Of a stretch of 64,000 nt of DNA, positions 62,781 through 64,000 are shown one piece after another. The notes below the pieces were generated by a model. It was not told the origin of the DNA. It did not search any database and worked only from the letters and a program-made list of their open reading frames with translations. Made by a program: the position numbers and the translations under genes. The stretch is from Lingula anatina (taxonomy: Eukaryota; Animalia; Brachiopoda): NCBI GenBank assembly GCA_051362555.1, contig CM120641.1, positions 34,974,401 through 35,038,400 on the forward strand, given 5' to 3'. Numbering within the stretch: position 1 is the stretch's first letter; each line of letters starts with the position of its first letter.

Positions 62781-64000
62781 CATTTGTTATGAGAACAAAA
62801 TTAAAATAAACATTCTTTGAAATGAACAGTTAAAACATAGTTATAATGAAAATAAAGCTTTTCTCTAAAGGTAAATTTATGTGGACTGCTCAGTGTACAG
62901 GAAGAGACATCTGTACTTATTCACATGGTAACTCCCTTGTCTTTGATATCTTCAGTCTAAGGTCACACATGCACCTCATAAAGGACTATTATACTTACTA
63001 GTATATTACTTGTTATCATAGTATAGTAAATCACAAGTTCCAACTTGGAAGATAGGTCATGTCTGCTCTTTTGCCGTCCTTGTGCTCACATAAGCCCCAT
63101 GTCTAGTCGATGGCATTTTGATATTTTTTATTCAGTTGATTTTTTTTATTTTCTTTTTATGGACTTTGAATGTGGCCAACATGATATTATTTGTCCATTA
63201 AAAAACCCAATGTCCCCAAAAATTTAAGGGGCACTGCATGATAAAACAGACAGGGATTTTTTTATCAAAGAGGCAATAAAACAGGAGCATTTAGGCAATA
63301 AACTTCCTGTGGTAAGTCCCATAAAATTTCAAGACAAGCATCAAGGTTTTTCTTTTCTTTAGTAACATGATAATGTGTTTCATTGCCTCATTGAGCACAT
63401 CTCTTTGCCAAGTTAACATGATATAAGGTTTGAACTCTGATATCTCCGAGTGGGTTTCCTGTCAAAAATTCAGGCAAAGAAAACCCAGTTCATACTCTTT
63501 CTTTTCTTCTTCATAAATGTTGGACGCATTACACATGAACTGAAACTTGAAACTAATCATAGTGTAAAACTGGTTATCTTAGAATGCCTAAACCTGTGAT
63601 AAACCACAAGTATGTCAACTTTTCAATATGCCCCCTTTTGTATGAAGTGCTTAAACATTCCAGAGACTTGTCATCAAATCATATCCCATCTATGTCACTG
63701 CCACTATGTGTTGTAGATACAAGTCCGTATAATTATAACTTAAACAACATTAATTTTGAAAGGACCAAAAAATATTAACAAAAGAGAGAAAAAAATTAGT
63801 ACAAATAAATTCAATTTCCCTAAGATTCAGTCAATACCATTTTATTTGTCTATCAGTTATATCCATCAGTGCTTTGGGATCATTTCCCCCCACATTAGTT
63901 ACACTTTTTTATCAAATACAGGTGTGCAAAACCTGATATCTTAACTTGATAATTACAAGCCATGGACAGAGTCAGTGTGCACTGACGCACAATACTTTTC

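Overview
AT-rich, intron-rich animal genomic DNA. It is probably a lophotrochozoan or mollusc, inferred from intron structure and Helentron-type repeats. Gene order: ANAPC1 (-, about 38 coding exons visible, 3' end beyond the left edge), head-to-head with ADPGK copy 1 (+). Next come an orphan EEF1G terminal exon, decayed ANAPC1 exons and spliced P-element (THAP9-type) transposase exons (-), then ADPGK copy 2 (+). Full EEF1G (-) follows, head-to-head with calcineurin B PPP3R1 (+), and then the 5' part of a single-pass membrane protein gene (+). The central region is best explained by a tandem segmental duplication running from the middle of ANAPC1 to the last EEF1G exon. It left two intact ADPGK genes and a chimeric minus-strand unit: duplicated ANAPC1 promoter/exon 1, then P-transposase exons, ANAPC1 remnants and the EEF1G last exon with its polyA signals. 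EEF1G introns host at least three H/ACA snoRNA candidates and a Helentron-like element whose 146-bp tandem array carries RORE/DR1 nuclear-receptor motifs. Also present: a P-type excision footprint, a Kolobok-like MITE, a family of four palindromic Harbinger-like MITEs with a conserved loop core, and an L1-like 3' stub. All exon coordinates were read by eye from splice signals and may be off by a few bases. No database searches were run.
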